A DNA stretch of 64,000 bases, taken from positions 1 to 64,000 of the forward strand of contig JBDRPD010000060.1 of the NCBI GenBank assembly GCA_043827405.1, in the 5' to 3' direction. Under the pieces are notes generated by a model. That model was not told the DNA's origin. It saw nothing but the letters and a program-made list of their open reading frames with translations, and ran no database searches. Shown here one piece after another: positions 45,856 to 55,557 of the stretch. The DNA is from Elusimicrobiota bacterium. Lineage in GTDB: Bacteria > Elusimicrobiota > Elusimicrobia > UBA1565. The position numbers and the translations under genes were made by a program. Numbering within the stretch: position 1 is the first letter of the stretch; each line of letters starts with the position of its first letter.

Positions 45856-46433
45856 ATCGCCTCCGCTCCGGGAAAGTCACCGGCCCATTTCACATCCATG
45901 GCGCGGAGGACATGCCCCATCATGCGCACGGCGGCAGCCAGCACGGCCTGCGGATCCGCCGCGGGCCGCTGGTTTTCAGTGAAAATATGGCTCCACGGTG
46001 CGCCGGTACTATTACCCACAACAAAGTCGACGCTTCCCTCCAGCACAACGCCCAGGTCCTGCTGCGAAATGCCGGCTTGCGCGGCTCGCTCGCTGACGCG
46101 CTCCGCGGGCCATAACGTATCCCAGCGTGCGGCCGCCATTTCTTTCAGCGCGGTTTTCGCTCTTTCCTCGGCATCGTCTCCTGCCGCGGCCCAGCGCAGC
46201 ACGACCGCCACCTCAGTAAGCTGCCGCAGCAGAGGGAGCGCCTCGGTAGAGTGGTCGTGCCGGCACAACCTGACGACGGCATCGGAAAGCGCCAACGCCC
46301 GGCTGGCGCCGCCCGCCAGCAGCGCTTCCAGTTTGTGTCCCGGTTTCAGTTTCGGACCGACACGGCAGAGACCGTTGTCAATAAAGGCTTTCGCCTGGCC
46401 CACCCGCTGAATCAAATCTTCCACATCCTGCAT
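45840..46433 (-). CDS. Hypothetical helical protein (possibly DUF5677/HEPN-like)
   Basis: EALPLLRQLTEVAVVLRW helix pattern; family call tentative. Confidence 0.6.
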   Translation of the reverse strand: MQDVEDLIQRVGQAKAFIDNGLCRVGPKLKPGHKLEALLAGGASRALALSDAVVRLCRHDHSTEALPLLRQLTEVAVVLRWAAAGDDAEERAKTALKEMAAARWDTLWPAERVSERAAQAGISQQDLGVVLEGSVDFVVGNSTGAPWSHIFTENQRPAADPQAVLAAAVRMMGHVLRAMDVKWAGDFPGAEAMWESS

Positions 46434-46483
46434 AAAATTACCCCTTGCAGACCACCCGGAGTTCTCCTATCATTAACAAAGCT

Positions 46484-46861
46484 ATGGCACGCGTACTTAT
46501 GATCGACGACGATGACGATCTGGTCCAGCTGCTGACCATCCTATTGAAAGAGGCCCAGTACGAGGTGGCGTCGGCGGGCAATGCCGTTGAGGGCCTCGAA
46601 GTATGCCGCCAGTTCCACCCGGATGTCATCATCCTGGACTACCATCTTCCGGGGAGCACCGGCGCGCACCTGTTCGAAACCTTCCGCCGCAACAAGGCGA
46701 CGGCCCTCACTCCCATACTATTCATGAGCGCCGTCGCCTCCTCCGACGAAATTCTCGCCGAGATCGACGAACCGGACATCTCCCGCTTTATGGCCAAACC
46801 CGTCAATACCAAAGCGTTCCTTGGCACCCTGAAGGAGATGCTCTCCGCGGCATCGACTTAG
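46484..46861 (+). CDS. Single-domain response regulator (CheY-like receiver)
   Basis: LMIDDD, PDVIILDYHLP, FMSA, KP. Confidence 0.9.
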   Translation: MARVLMIDDDDDLVQLLTILLKEAQYEVASAGNAVEGLEVCRQFHPDVIILDYHLPGSTGAHLFETFRRNKATALTPILFMSAVASSDEILAEIDEPDISRFMAKPVNTKAFLGTLKEMLSAAST

Positions 46862-46882
46862 GCCGCGACCTCCCCGCCGTTC

Positions 46883-47692
46883 CTAGAAAGGGAAACGAAC
46901 GACGTGTACGCGGCGCCTCCGGCCTCCCAGGATGCGCTGTGCCAGCCGGCGAAAGCGCTCCGCACCGTCGGTTACGTAAAAGCTCTCTGTGCCGCGCCCC
47001 CGCAGCCGCCGCAGTTTCCGCGCCCGCAGCAGCTCATCCGCGTCCCGCGCGACCTCTTCACCCGAATCGATCAGGCGCGTCCCCGTTCTCAGCTCCGCGC
47101 GCAAGAGAGGCTTGAGCAGCGGATAATGCGTGCATCCGAGAATCAAGGCCTCCAGCCGGACGCGGCCAAACGATTTTAGGTACTCCCGCAGGACCTGGCG
47201 CGTAATGGGATGTCTGAACCACCCCTCCTCGACCAGGGGGACGAGCAGGGGGCAGGCCTTGGCCAAAATCCGGCGCCCTCCCAGCGCCTTCTTCAGCGCC
47301 CGCTGAGAGGCGCCGCTCTGCACCGTCGCCGCCGTGCCGATCACGCCGACCGCGCCGCGGCCGCGGACGGCGGCCGCGGTGCGCACCGCCGGACCGATAA
47401 CGTCGAGAACCGGAACGCGCAGCGTCTTGCGCAGGGCCTTAAACGCCAGCGCCGAGGCGCTGTTGCACGCGATCACAAAAAGCTTAATCTTCTTGCGCGC
47501 CAAATAGCGCGCGATCTCGACGGAAAACCGCTGCACGACCTCGGGTGACTTTGTGCCGTAGGGCAGCCGGGCGGTGTCGCCGAAATAGATCAGCTTCTCC
47601 GACGGCATCGCCCGCCGCAGAGCTTTAAACACCGTCAACCCTCCGACGCCCGAGTCGAACACGGCGATCGCTTTCTCCGCGGCGGCGCTCAT
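46883..47692 (-). CDS. murI: Glutamate racemase
   Basis: FDSGVGGL, PYG, ACNSA, LGCTHY. Confidence 0.96.
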   Translation of the reverse strand: MSAAAEKAIAVFDSGVGGLTVFKALRRAMPSEKLIYFGDTARLPYGTKSPEVVQRFSVEIARYLARKKIKLFVIACNSASALAFKALRKTLRVPVLDVIGPAVRTAAAVRGRGAVGVIGTAATVQSGASQRALKKALGGRRILAKACPLLVPLVEEGWFRHPITRQVLREYLKSFGRVRLEALILGCTHYPLLKPLLRAELRTGTRLIDSGEEVARDADELLRARKLRRLRGRGTESFYVTDGAERFRRLAQRILGGRRRRVHVVRFPF

Positions 47693-49398
47693 TTATCATC
47701 TCCGGCCTGCCGACTATTCTGCCGCACGTGCTCAACGATGCCGGCATATAGCCCCTCAACGATCTTGCGGCGGTATTTCTGCGACTGCAGCTTGGCCTCA
47801 TCTTTAGCATTGGATAGAAACGCCGTCTCCACCAACACGGCCGGGGCGTTCGCCCCGCGCAGCACATAGAAGGAAGCCTGCTTCACCCCGCGGTTGGGAA
47901 GATCAACGCGCTGCGTCAGCGACTGCGCCATGCGGCCGGCGAGCTCGGCGGCGTCGTTGACGTCTTCATGCTTGGCCAGGCGGTAGAGCACGCTCGCGGC
48001 GCGATCTTCGACCGCATCCTCGACCTCGAGCGCCAGCACCGAGTTCTCGAACTCCGCCAGCCGCTCGGCTTCCGGATCCGAGGCTCGCTCCGAAAGGAAA
48101 TATATCTCATAGCCGGACTCCGCCCGGCTCGCATGCGCGTTGCAGTGCAGCGAGATGAAAAGATCGGCGCTGTGCTTGTTGGCGAAGCTCGAGCGATCGC
48201 CCAGCCGCACGAAGACGTCTTTCTCACGCGTCAGCATGACGTCGAACATCCCCTCCTCGCGCAGCAGGCTCGCGAGCTCCTGCGCCGTCAGCAGATTAAT
48301 TTCCTTTTCCAGGGTGCCGCGGCGGCCGACCGCCCCGCCGTCGCGGCCGCCGTGTCCGGCGTCAATTACTATACGGTAAACTCCCGGCGCTTTTACCGGC
48401 GGCGGAACCAGCGCCGGCTTTTCGCTCGACGCCGGGGGTGACGGCTCCGACGGCTCAGACGGCTTATCCGCCAAGGCATTTTTAACGAGCCGAATGGCGC
48501 CGGCCCCCATCGCGGCGCCAAGACCCGCCCCCGCATCTCCGCCCGCCGCGCTCTCCGCCCGCCCGCCGGGCTCCCCCCCATGCGGCTCGGGGGCCTCAAC
48601 GGCGACGCGGCTGCGCCGCGCCTCGACGACGCTGTCCTGGGCCCGGTCGACGTCAATAACGATCCGGCGCGGCTGCTTGAACTCGCGGACCCGCATGCCG
48701 GCGGCGGCCGCCTGCTGCTTTAAAACCAGCCGCGCCTGCCGGGAATCCTGGTACAGGTGCAGATACTCCACCACCCCGTCATTGATGTCGGTCTTCTCGG
48801 ACCAGTCTATCGTGCCGTTGGGAATATCGATCTCAAAGCCGTAGCGGCCGCGCTTTGTTGAGTGAAAGCGCAGGTCCTCGGCAATCTCCAACACGATCCG
48901 CGTATGATCGGCGTAGGTAAACCACCGCAGGGGGCCGACATTGCTGCGCTGGTCCACCAACAGCAGGCGGGTACTGGGGTTGAACTTGGAATCGACGCCG
49001 GCGACGTCAGAAAACGCCTTAACGGCGAAGAACTCGATCGGGATAAAGGCCTGGCTGGCGCGCACGATCATCGGCCGGGGCAGCGCCATCGGCTTGCCCA
49101 TTATCTCGACGGTTTCAGAGTCCGTCTTGAACCAGATCTGCTGGCCGCGCAGCGATAACCGCACCTCTCCCCGCACCGAGTACCAATACAGCTGGCCGCC
49201 GTATATCCGCGCCGCCTCCTTCGCGGCGAGATAGAAATTACCGCCGACCTGATAGGACTGTACGGCGCCCAAGTACTTGCCGGACTTGACGACCTGGATA
49301 TCCTCCGCGGCGGCGGGAGCGGCCCAAACCGCCGCCGCCAACAGGACCGCGCCGCGTGCCGCCCAGGCCCTATTCCAGAATGATGCGATAGTCTTCAT
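47689..49398 (-). CDS. N-acetylmuramoyl-L-alanine amidase (Amidase_3) with AMIN-like domain
   Basis: IDAGHGGRD, EKEINL, FISLHCNA, AVLVETAFLSN. Confidence 0.92.
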   Translation of the reverse strand: MKTIASFWNRAWAARGAVLLAAAVWAAPAAAEDIQVVKSGKYLGAVQSYQVGGNFYLAAKEAARIYGGQLYWYSVRGEVRLSLRGQQIWFKTDSETVEIMGKPMALPRPMIVRASQAFIPIEFFAVKAFSDVAGVDSKFNPSTRLLLVDQRSNVGPLRWFTYADHTRIVLEIAEDLRFHSTKRGRYGFEIDIPNGTIDWSEKTDINDGVVEYLHLYQDSRQARLVLKQQAAAAGMRVREFKQPRRIVIDVDRAQDSVVEARRSRVAVEAPEPHGGEPGGRAESAAGGDAGAGLGAAMGAGAIRLVKNALADKPSEPSEPSPPASSEKPALVPPPVKAPGVYRIVIDAGHGGRDGGAVGRRGTLEKEINLLTAQELASLLREEGMFDVMLTREKDVFVRLGDRSSFANKHSADLFISLHCNAHASRAESGYEIYFLSERASDPEAERLAEFENSVLALEVEDAVEDRAASVLYRLAKHEDVNDAAELAGRMAQSLTQRVDLPNRGVKQASFYVLRGANAPAVLVETAFLSNAKDEAKLQSQKYRRKIVEGLYAGIVEHVRQNSRQAGDDK

Positions 49399-51109
49399 AC
49401 TGCAGGTTCGCGTCTCCACTAATCTTAATATCCCGGTGGACATTCTTTTCGATAAGCGCCTGCTTCGAGGTGAATGCCTCCGCCAACACCGGATGCAGCA
49501 CCAGACGAATACTGCCCCCCGGACGCCCCTGCGTCAGCTCATGGATCTCCCGCTGCACGCGAATGCGGACGCTTTCCGACGACAGCACGCGGCCGGAGCC
49601 GAAACAGCCCGGGCACTCATCGGTCATCAAGCTGATCGTGGACTCCCGCCGGCGCTCCCGCGTCATCTCAATAAGACCCAGCCGGGTGATCGGCAATACA
49701 CGGATTTTTGCGCGATCTCTTTTGACCGCCCGGGCGAAGGTTTCCATAACCTTCTGCCGGTTCGACGCTTTTTTCATATCAATAAAATCGACGACGATAA
49801 TGCCGCCGATATTCCGCAAGCGCAGCTGGTGAGCCACCTCCTGGGCGGCTTCAATATTGTTCATGGTAACGGTCTCTTCCTGCGTCTTGGAGCCGGTGAA
49901 GCGCCCGGTATTGACGTCGATCGCGCACAACGACTCCGCCTCCTGGATAACGATCGTGCCCCCGCTGGGCAGCGACACCTTAATTTGGCGCAGCTTTTCA
50001 ATCTCGGACTCAATATTAAAGGCGGTAAAGATCGGAGTCTTGGCCTCATAAAGCCGAACCCGGTTCTTCAGCTCAGGAGAGAGCTTCGCCACATACTCCA
50101 TAACGGCCTCGTAGTCCTCGCGCTTATCCATCAGATAGACATAGACGGAGTCGCTTAGCAGGTCTCGTGCGATCTGCACCGGCAAATCGTGATCGCGGTG
50201 CAGCAGCGCCGGCGCCTGCTCGCTCTTAAACTTCCGCTCGATCTCCTCCCAAGCCTGCAGCAGAAACGCCGCCTCGCGGCGCAGATCCTCCTCGCTCGCG
50301 CCTGCGGCTTCCGTCCGCACCACGACGCCTAAACCCTTCAGCGTATCCTCCATAAGCTTGCTCATGATCTCCGATATGCGCTTGCGCTCCACCGGATCGG
50401 TAATGTGTTTGGATATCCCGACCGACTGCTGGGCCGGAGTAAAAACGAGATAGCGTCCCGGAAGGGATGCCTCCATCGTCACCTTCATGCCCTTGGTTCC
50501 GATCGCTTCCTTGGCGACCTGTATCATCACCTCCTGCCCCTTTTTCAGGATATGGTCGATCGGCTTGCGGGTATCGCCGATAACGTCCGATATATAAAGG
50601 TACGCGTTCTTCTCGAAACCGATATCGATGAAGGCGGAGGAAATTCCCGGCAGAACGTTCTCCACGCGGCCCTTGTAGATATTGCCGACAATACTTCGTG
50701 AAGTTTTCCTTTCCCACAGCAGTTCGACCAGGCGGTCATTCTCAAGTATGGCGACGCGTGTCTCCTCGAACGATGTATTCGTCAAAATTTCGCGTTTAAG
50801 CTCGCCGCTGCTTTCCACACGATCCTCGCCGCGCGGACGGCGATACGGCTCACGGTCGCCGCGCTGCCGCCCCTCATCGCGCGGCCGCTGCTCATCGCGC
50901 GGCCGCTGCTCGCTGCGCGGGGGTCCGGAACGCCGCCCGTCGCGACCGCGGCGGCCGCGCTCACTGCGGCGCCGGCGTGTACCGCCGCGCGATCCTCGTC
51001 CATCCCGTCCTCCCCGGGCTCTCTCGACCCGCGGCTCCTGCGGATTTCCGGCGGATTGATCCGCGCCGGCGGGTACGGGTCCTACTTCCGACTTCTTGTT
51101 ATCTTCCAT
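49370..51109 (-). CDS. rng: Ribonuclease E/G family
   Basis: GNIYKG (S1), IDVNTG, LRLRNIGGIIVVDFIDM, CPGC Zn-link; R-rich N-terminal extension. Confidence 0.93.
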   Translation of the reverse strand: MEDNKKSEVGPVPAGADQSAGNPQEPRVERARGGRDGRGSRGGTRRRRSERGRRGRDGRRSGPPRSEQRPRDEQRPRDEGRQRGDREPYRRPRGEDRVESSGELKREILTNTSFEETRVAILENDRLVELLWERKTSRSIVGNIYKGRVENVLPGISSAFIDIGFEKNAYLYISDVIGDTRKPIDHILKKGQEVMIQVAKEAIGTKGMKVTMEASLPGRYLVFTPAQQSVGISKHITDPVERKRISEIMSKLMEDTLKGLGVVVRTEAAGASEEDLRREAAFLLQAWEEIERKFKSEQAPALLHRDHDLPVQIARDLLSDSVYVYLMDKREDYEAVMEYVAKLSPELKNRVRLYEAKTPIFTAFNIESEIEKLRQIKVSLPSGGTIVIQEAESLCAIDVNTGRFTGSKTQEETVTMNNIEAAQEVAHQLRLRNIGGIIVVDFIDMKKASNRQKVMETFARAVKRDRAKIRVLPITRLGLIEMTRERRRESTISLMTDECPGCFGSGRVLSSESVRIRVQREIHELTQGRPGGSIRLVLHPVLAEAFTSKQALIEKNVHRDIKISGDANLQYEDYRIILE

Positions 51110-51119
51110 AAATTCTCCT

Positions 51120-51827
51120 TCACGGGGCGATCAGCTCGCCGCGTGCTGTTTCCGACAAAAGCTCCTTCCGCAAAATCGCACAATGCCCCTGAACGCCAAA
51201 GCCATTCTCCAGCAGCCATGCGCGCAGCAGCGCTTCCGGCTTTACCGTCCGCTTCGGTCCAAAACGCATACTAAGACGCAGGGCGGACGTCGAATCCTGA
51301 ACCATCTCAATAATGAGCGGGCGAGCGTCAACGCGCTCCACCCGGGCGCCCCCGTCCTTCAGCTTCTCAATAACAATCTCTCGGCGCGACAAAAACCGCG
51401 CCAAGGATTCTCCGCCGTCGTCAGGAAAGGCTCCCTGGATCGCATAGCGAACGACGTTGATGCTGGCGTCCAGCGAGGGGAAGTACTTGGGTATTCGGCG
51501 CGCGCTCACGACGGCGTAGCCGTCTTCCAGGGCGGCGCTCAGGGCCGCGACGATTTTTTCCGCGGGCACGCGCGACGCAAGCTCGAGGTCGAAGTATTCC
51601 GCCAGGCTCTCATAGCCTTTCGCGATCGCCGGACCGAAAGCCAGCCGGGGACGGGGCTTCTTGCGGCGCCGGTCCAAGACGGCGGGCAGCGCGGAAACCA
51701 GAACCGCGCGCCGCAGCAGCTCGATCTGCGCCAAATGCGTCAACTCGCGCGCCGGTCCCAAACGCGAAACACAAACGCGGTAGCGCGCGGAGCCGTCCAA
51801 GTTTGGTCTCTGGTTAATAGAAAGCAT
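51120..51827 (-). CDS. DUF2344 radical-SAM-associated protein
   Basis: PRPRLAFGPA..G.ES.AEYFD, VDARPLI, VKPE; position between rodA and rng. Confidence 0.8.
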   Translation of the reverse strand: MLSINQRPNLDGSARYRVCVSRLGPARELTHLAQIELLRRAVLVSALPAVLDRRRKKPRPRLAFGPAIAKGYESLAEYFDLELASRVPAEKIVAALSAALEDGYAVVSARRIPKYFPSLDASINVVRYAIQGAFPDDGGESLARFLSRREIVIEKLKDGGARVERVDARPLIIEMVQDSTSALRLSMRFGPKRTVKPEALLRAWLLENGFGVQGHCAILRKELLSETARGELIAP

Positions 51828-53145
51828 GCCGTTTAGAATAAATATTCATAACAATACCCATCGCCAGCAGGGTCGCCACAAGGTTGGACCCCCCATAGGA
51901 CAGCAACGGCAGCTGAATCCCCGCGACCGGAACCAGCCCCAGACACATGCCGACATTCACCATAAAATAGAAGCCGTATATCGCCGTAAAGCCGCAGCAG
52001 ACAAGATAGCCGTAACGGTCACGAGCCAGCCGCGCCGTATTGACGATGCGCCAAAGAAGAAGCATATAGAGCGCAAGCACCGCTGCCGATCCGAGAAAAC
52101 CCATTTCCTCGCCGACTACGGCAAAAATAAAGTCCGTATGACGCTCCGGTACGAAACCCAGCTGTGACTGCGTCCCCGCAAAGATGCCCTTTCCGGTCAG
52201 GCCGCCGGAGCCGATCGCGATCTGCGCCTGCGCGACATTGTACGCGGAGCCGCGCGGATCCTTATCCGGCACGAGAAACGCCACAAACCGGTCTCTTTGA
52301 TAGCCCTTGATCTGATGATCGAGCAGCGCACCCCCGCACAGACCTGCCGATAAAATAAGCGCCAAAATGACGAAATAGGGAGCGGGAGCGTTAAAGCGCA
52401 TCCAGACGGTCATCTTCCAGGCGCAGAACACCAGCAGGGATATTCCGACGACCGCCAAAGCCAGCGGCATGCCGAACTGACGGACGCTGAGAAAAGCCGA
52501 CAGAAACCAGCCGTTCTGAGTCCACTCCGGACGCAGGGCCAGCATGGTCCAGATCAGCGGCATGGCGAGAGTGACCGCGCCGAAACCGGTCAGCGCGAGC
52601 AGCGGAGCGACGCTCGCGCCGGCGCAGAACAGCATCCCGAACAGCAGGGGGAAGAAGCTCAAAGTCGATGAAAAATCAGGCTCCAGCAGGATAAGGCACA
52701 TGATCGGCGCGGCGACGGCGAAAGCCCCCGCGAGATAACCGATCTCCTGGCTCTTGCTCCCCCGACGATCAAGATAGCTGGCGAGAATGAGCACGGTCAG
52801 GATGCGGGCCAGCTCGGACGGCTGAAAAGAAAAAAACGGGAAGCGTATCCAGGCACGCGTACCCCGCATATCTTCGCCCACGAAAAGGACCAAAAGCATC
52901 ATCGCCACCGTCAGCACATAGATAATCCTGCTCTGGTCCTGGAACACATGGTAGTTGAAGCCAAACGCGGCGAAAAACACCACAATACCGATTCCCAAAG
53001 CGAGGAAGTGCTTCAGACGAATCGAGTCATAATACGGCAGCAGCGAGGCGGCGGAAAGGATCGCTATCGAGCCGATTGCCAGCAGGCCCAGCAGGGAAAT
53101 GACCAGCGCCCAGTCCATACGGCCGCGCAGGGTCCCGGACTCCAT
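51814..53145 (-). CDS. rodA: Rod shape-determining SEDS glycosyltransferase
   Basis: QPSE, IGSGG, PERHTDFIF, GEEMG, SYGGS. Confidence 0.95.
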   Translation of the reverse strand: MESGTLRGRMDWALVISLLGLLAIGSIAILSAASLLPYYDSIRLKHFLALGIGIVVFFAAFGFNYHVFQDQSRIIYVLTVAMMLLVLFVGEDMRGTRAWIRFPFFSFQPSELARILTVLILASYLDRRGSKSQEIGYLAGAFAVAAPIMCLILLEPDFSSTLSFFPLLFGMLFCAGASVAPLLALTGFGAVTLAMPLIWTMLALRPEWTQNGWFLSAFLSVRQFGMPLALAVVGISLLVFCAWKMTVWMRFNAPAPYFVILALILSAGLCGGALLDHQIKGYQRDRFVAFLVPDKDPRGSAYNVAQAQIAIGSGGLTGKGIFAGTQSQLGFVPERHTDFIFAVVGEEMGFLGSAAVLALYMLLLWRIVNTARLARDRYGYLVCCGFTAIYGFYFMVNVGMCLGLVPVAGIQLPLLSYGGSNLVATLLAMGIVMNIYSKRHAFY

Positions 53146-53147
53146 CC

Positions 53148-55061
53148 TCACAGATCCGCCTCTGGGAACAGCGCTTCCTCGAGCTCTTCCAGCTCGGCGT
53201 CCGCGTCCGCCGCTGGCGGCGGCCGCTGCGGCCGCCCGACGGGCGGGGCGCTGACGGCCGGATGAACCGGCGCCGCCGCGGGCGCAAGCGCCGCGGGCTT
53301 CTCGGATGCGATATCAAAAGCCGCCTCGATGGCCTTGCGGGCGACAGGCCCCGCGGCCGAAGAGCCGTGCCCCCCATGCTCAACGAGCACGCTGACGGCG
53401 ATCTCCGGCTCTTCGCCCTCTCGTCCCGCGAAGGCGACAAACCACGCATGGTCCTCGCCCCGCGGGTTCTGCGATGTGCCGGTCTTGCCGCCGACGACCA
53501 GGCCGGGGATATCGACCCGCCGTCCGGTACCGTTTTTGACGACACTAATGAGCCCCTGGTGCAGCAGCTTCCAGGTCTCCGGCTTAAGCTCGACGCGTCC
53601 CAGCTCTTGGGGCTTCTGCTGGTACAGAACGCGGCCGTCGGAACTCTCGATCCGCTGGGTAAGATGCGGACGCCATAAGGTCCCCTTATTGGCGACGGCG
53701 GACATGACCACCGCCATCTGCACCGGCGTCGCCAAGAGCTCGCCCTGCCCGATCGAGAGATTGACCGTATCGCCGTCGTACCAGCTGCGCTTGCGTTCGC
53801 GGCGCGCCTGCGGCCCGAAAAGATTGCCGGCGTTCTCGCCGCTCAGGATCACTCCGGTTTTCTGTCCGAGGTGGAAGCGCCGGGAATACTCCTCTATCAG
53901 CGCGCCCCCCGTGCGCAGTCCGGATTTATAGAAATAGACGTCGCAGGAGTTGGTCAGCCCGGCGATCCAATCCATCCGGCGATGTCCCTTTTTCTCCCAG
54001 CAGCGGAACGTACGTCCTCCCAAACTAAAGCTTCCCGGACAGAAAACGGTGTCCTGGGGAGAGACCTTGCCCTCCTCCAGCATCGCCGCGCCGACGATGA
54101 TCTTGAAAGTCGAGCCCGGCGCATAGGTGCCGGAGATGGCCCGGTTAAACTCCGGAAAATCCTTCAGCGCGGTCTTGGCTTCATCCCAATCGGGCAGCAG
54201 GAATAGGTTCGGATCGTAGTCGGGGATCGATGCCATCGCCAGGATCGCGCCGCTGCGCGGATCAAGCACCACCGCCCCCCCCATCCCTGACGGCGACAAA
54301 CGCAGAGCTTCTTCCACCGCCTTCTGGATGCGCGAATCCAGCGCCAGAGTAAGATTGCTGCCCTGCTTCCACGGCACCTCGCCGATCTTCCGTTTAAGGC
54401 TGCCCTGAGCGTTGATCTCCATTCGAGTTTCACCGTCGACGCCGCGCAGGACATTCTCGAAGTGTTTTTCCAGGCCGGAGCGGCCGATCCAGGAATCAAT
54501 CCGGTAATCCTTGCTCTTGAGCTTGCGCCAGCTCCGCTTATCCATTTTGCCCATATAGCCCAAGAGATGTCCGCCATGGGCGCCCTCAGGATAGTAGCGG
54601 CGCGCTTCAACGACAAGGTCCACTCCCGGATAGAGAGTTTTTAATTCGGAGAGCCGGAACATGGGCTTAAGCTGCAGGTTCTCCGCCAAATGGATCGCGG
54701 ATTCCATGCGCTGGGCCTGCCGCAGCAGGGCGAGTAGGTGCTCTTTTTTACGATGCAGCTCATTGGCGAGGCTGCCCGCCAGCCGCTCAAGGTATTCCGG
54801 AGCTTTTTCCGCGCCCGGCAGATAGATCAACGAAAAAGTGGGACGGCTGGTCGCGATAACCCGGCCATTGCGGTCGTAGATTCGGCCGCGCGGCGCCGCC
54901 TGATGGATGATCTGCGTCCGGTTGGACTCCGCCACACGCGCATAATAGACATTGCGGATCACCTGCATATGGAGGAGGCGCGCGCCGAAAAGCGCCCCGC
55001 CGCCATAGAAGGCGAGCAGCAGCATATTCAGACGCTCATAGCGCACGCCAGGCTGACGCAT
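53148..55061 (-). CDS. mrdA: Penicillin-binding protein 2
   Basis: APRGRIYDRNG, PGSTFK, SCD, KTGT. Confidence 0.95.
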   Translation of the reverse strand: MRQPGVRYERLNMLLLAFYGGGALFGARLLHMQVIRNVYYARVAESNRTQIIHQAAPRGRIYDRNGRVIATSRPTFSLIYLPGAEKAPEYLERLAGSLANELHRKKEHLLALLRQAQRMESAIHLAENLQLKPMFRLSELKTLYPGVDLVVEARRYYPEGAHGGHLLGYMGKMDKRSWRKLKSKDYRIDSWIGRSGLEKHFENVLRGVDGETRMEINAQGSLKRKIGEVPWKQGSNLTLALDSRIQKAVEEALRLSPSGMGGAVVLDPRSGAILAMASIPDYDPNLFLLPDWDEAKTALKDFPEFNRAISGTYAPGSTFKIIVGAAMLEEGKVSPQDTVFCPGSFSLGGRTFRCWEKKGHRRMDWIAGLTNSCDVYFYKSGLRTGGALIEEYSRRFHLGQKTGVILSGENAGNLFGPQARRERKRSWYDGDTVNLSIGQGELLATPVQMAVVMSAVANKGTLWRPHLTQRIESSDGRVLYQQKPQELGRVELKPETWKLLHQGLISVVKNGTGRRVDIPGLVVGGKTGTSQNPRGEDHAWFVAFAGREGEEPEIAVSVLVEHGGHGSSAAGPVARKAIEAAFDIASEKPAALAPAAAPVHPAVSAPPVGRPQRPPPAADADAELEELEEALFPEADL

Positions 55062-55086
55062 TTAGTTAAATCCTGATGCTCCCCGT

Positions 55087-55557
55087 CTAGAAATCCACAA
55101 ACCGACGGACAAACGCGAATCCCAAGGGGGCCAAGACGCAGTTGTACACAGGTTCGAGTAAAACTTTTACCCACCCGGCCCAGAGAAAATTATGCTCAAA
55201 GATCAGGCCGGTAACGCCGAAAAAAACAAAATAGACGGGCGTCAGCATGATAACGAACAGTATCTGCGGCGCCAGGCTCTCGACGTCCATCTGCCGGCGC
55301 AGAACGCCGATAACGTAGCCGACCACGGTCAGGGCCAGGGCATTGGCGCCAAAAACGTGTGCCGATGAAACATCCAGGAACAGCCCCCAGGCGAATCCAT
55401 AGCACTGGCCAGCGACGGGACCGCTGCGCGCCGCGACGGCAACCGTAAGAATCAGCAGCACCTGGGGCGACAGCCCCCAGGCCGTAAAATGCGTACTCCA
55501 CAGCCACTGCACGAGCACTCCGACGAAAAAGACGAAAACGCCCGCCAGGTACCTCAT
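55087..55557 (-). CDS. mreD: Rod shape-determining protein MreD
   Basis: Hydrophobic; GF..GLFLD...FG.NAL motif; synteny. Confidence 0.88.
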   Translation of the reverse strand: MRYLAGVFVFFVGVLVQWLWSTHFTAWGLSPQVLLILTVAVAARSGPVAGQCYGFAWGLFLDVSSAHVFGANALALTVVGYVIGVLRRQMDVESLAPQILFVIMLTPVYFVFFGVTGLIFEHNFLWAGWVKVLLEPVYNCVLAPLGFAFVRRFVDF

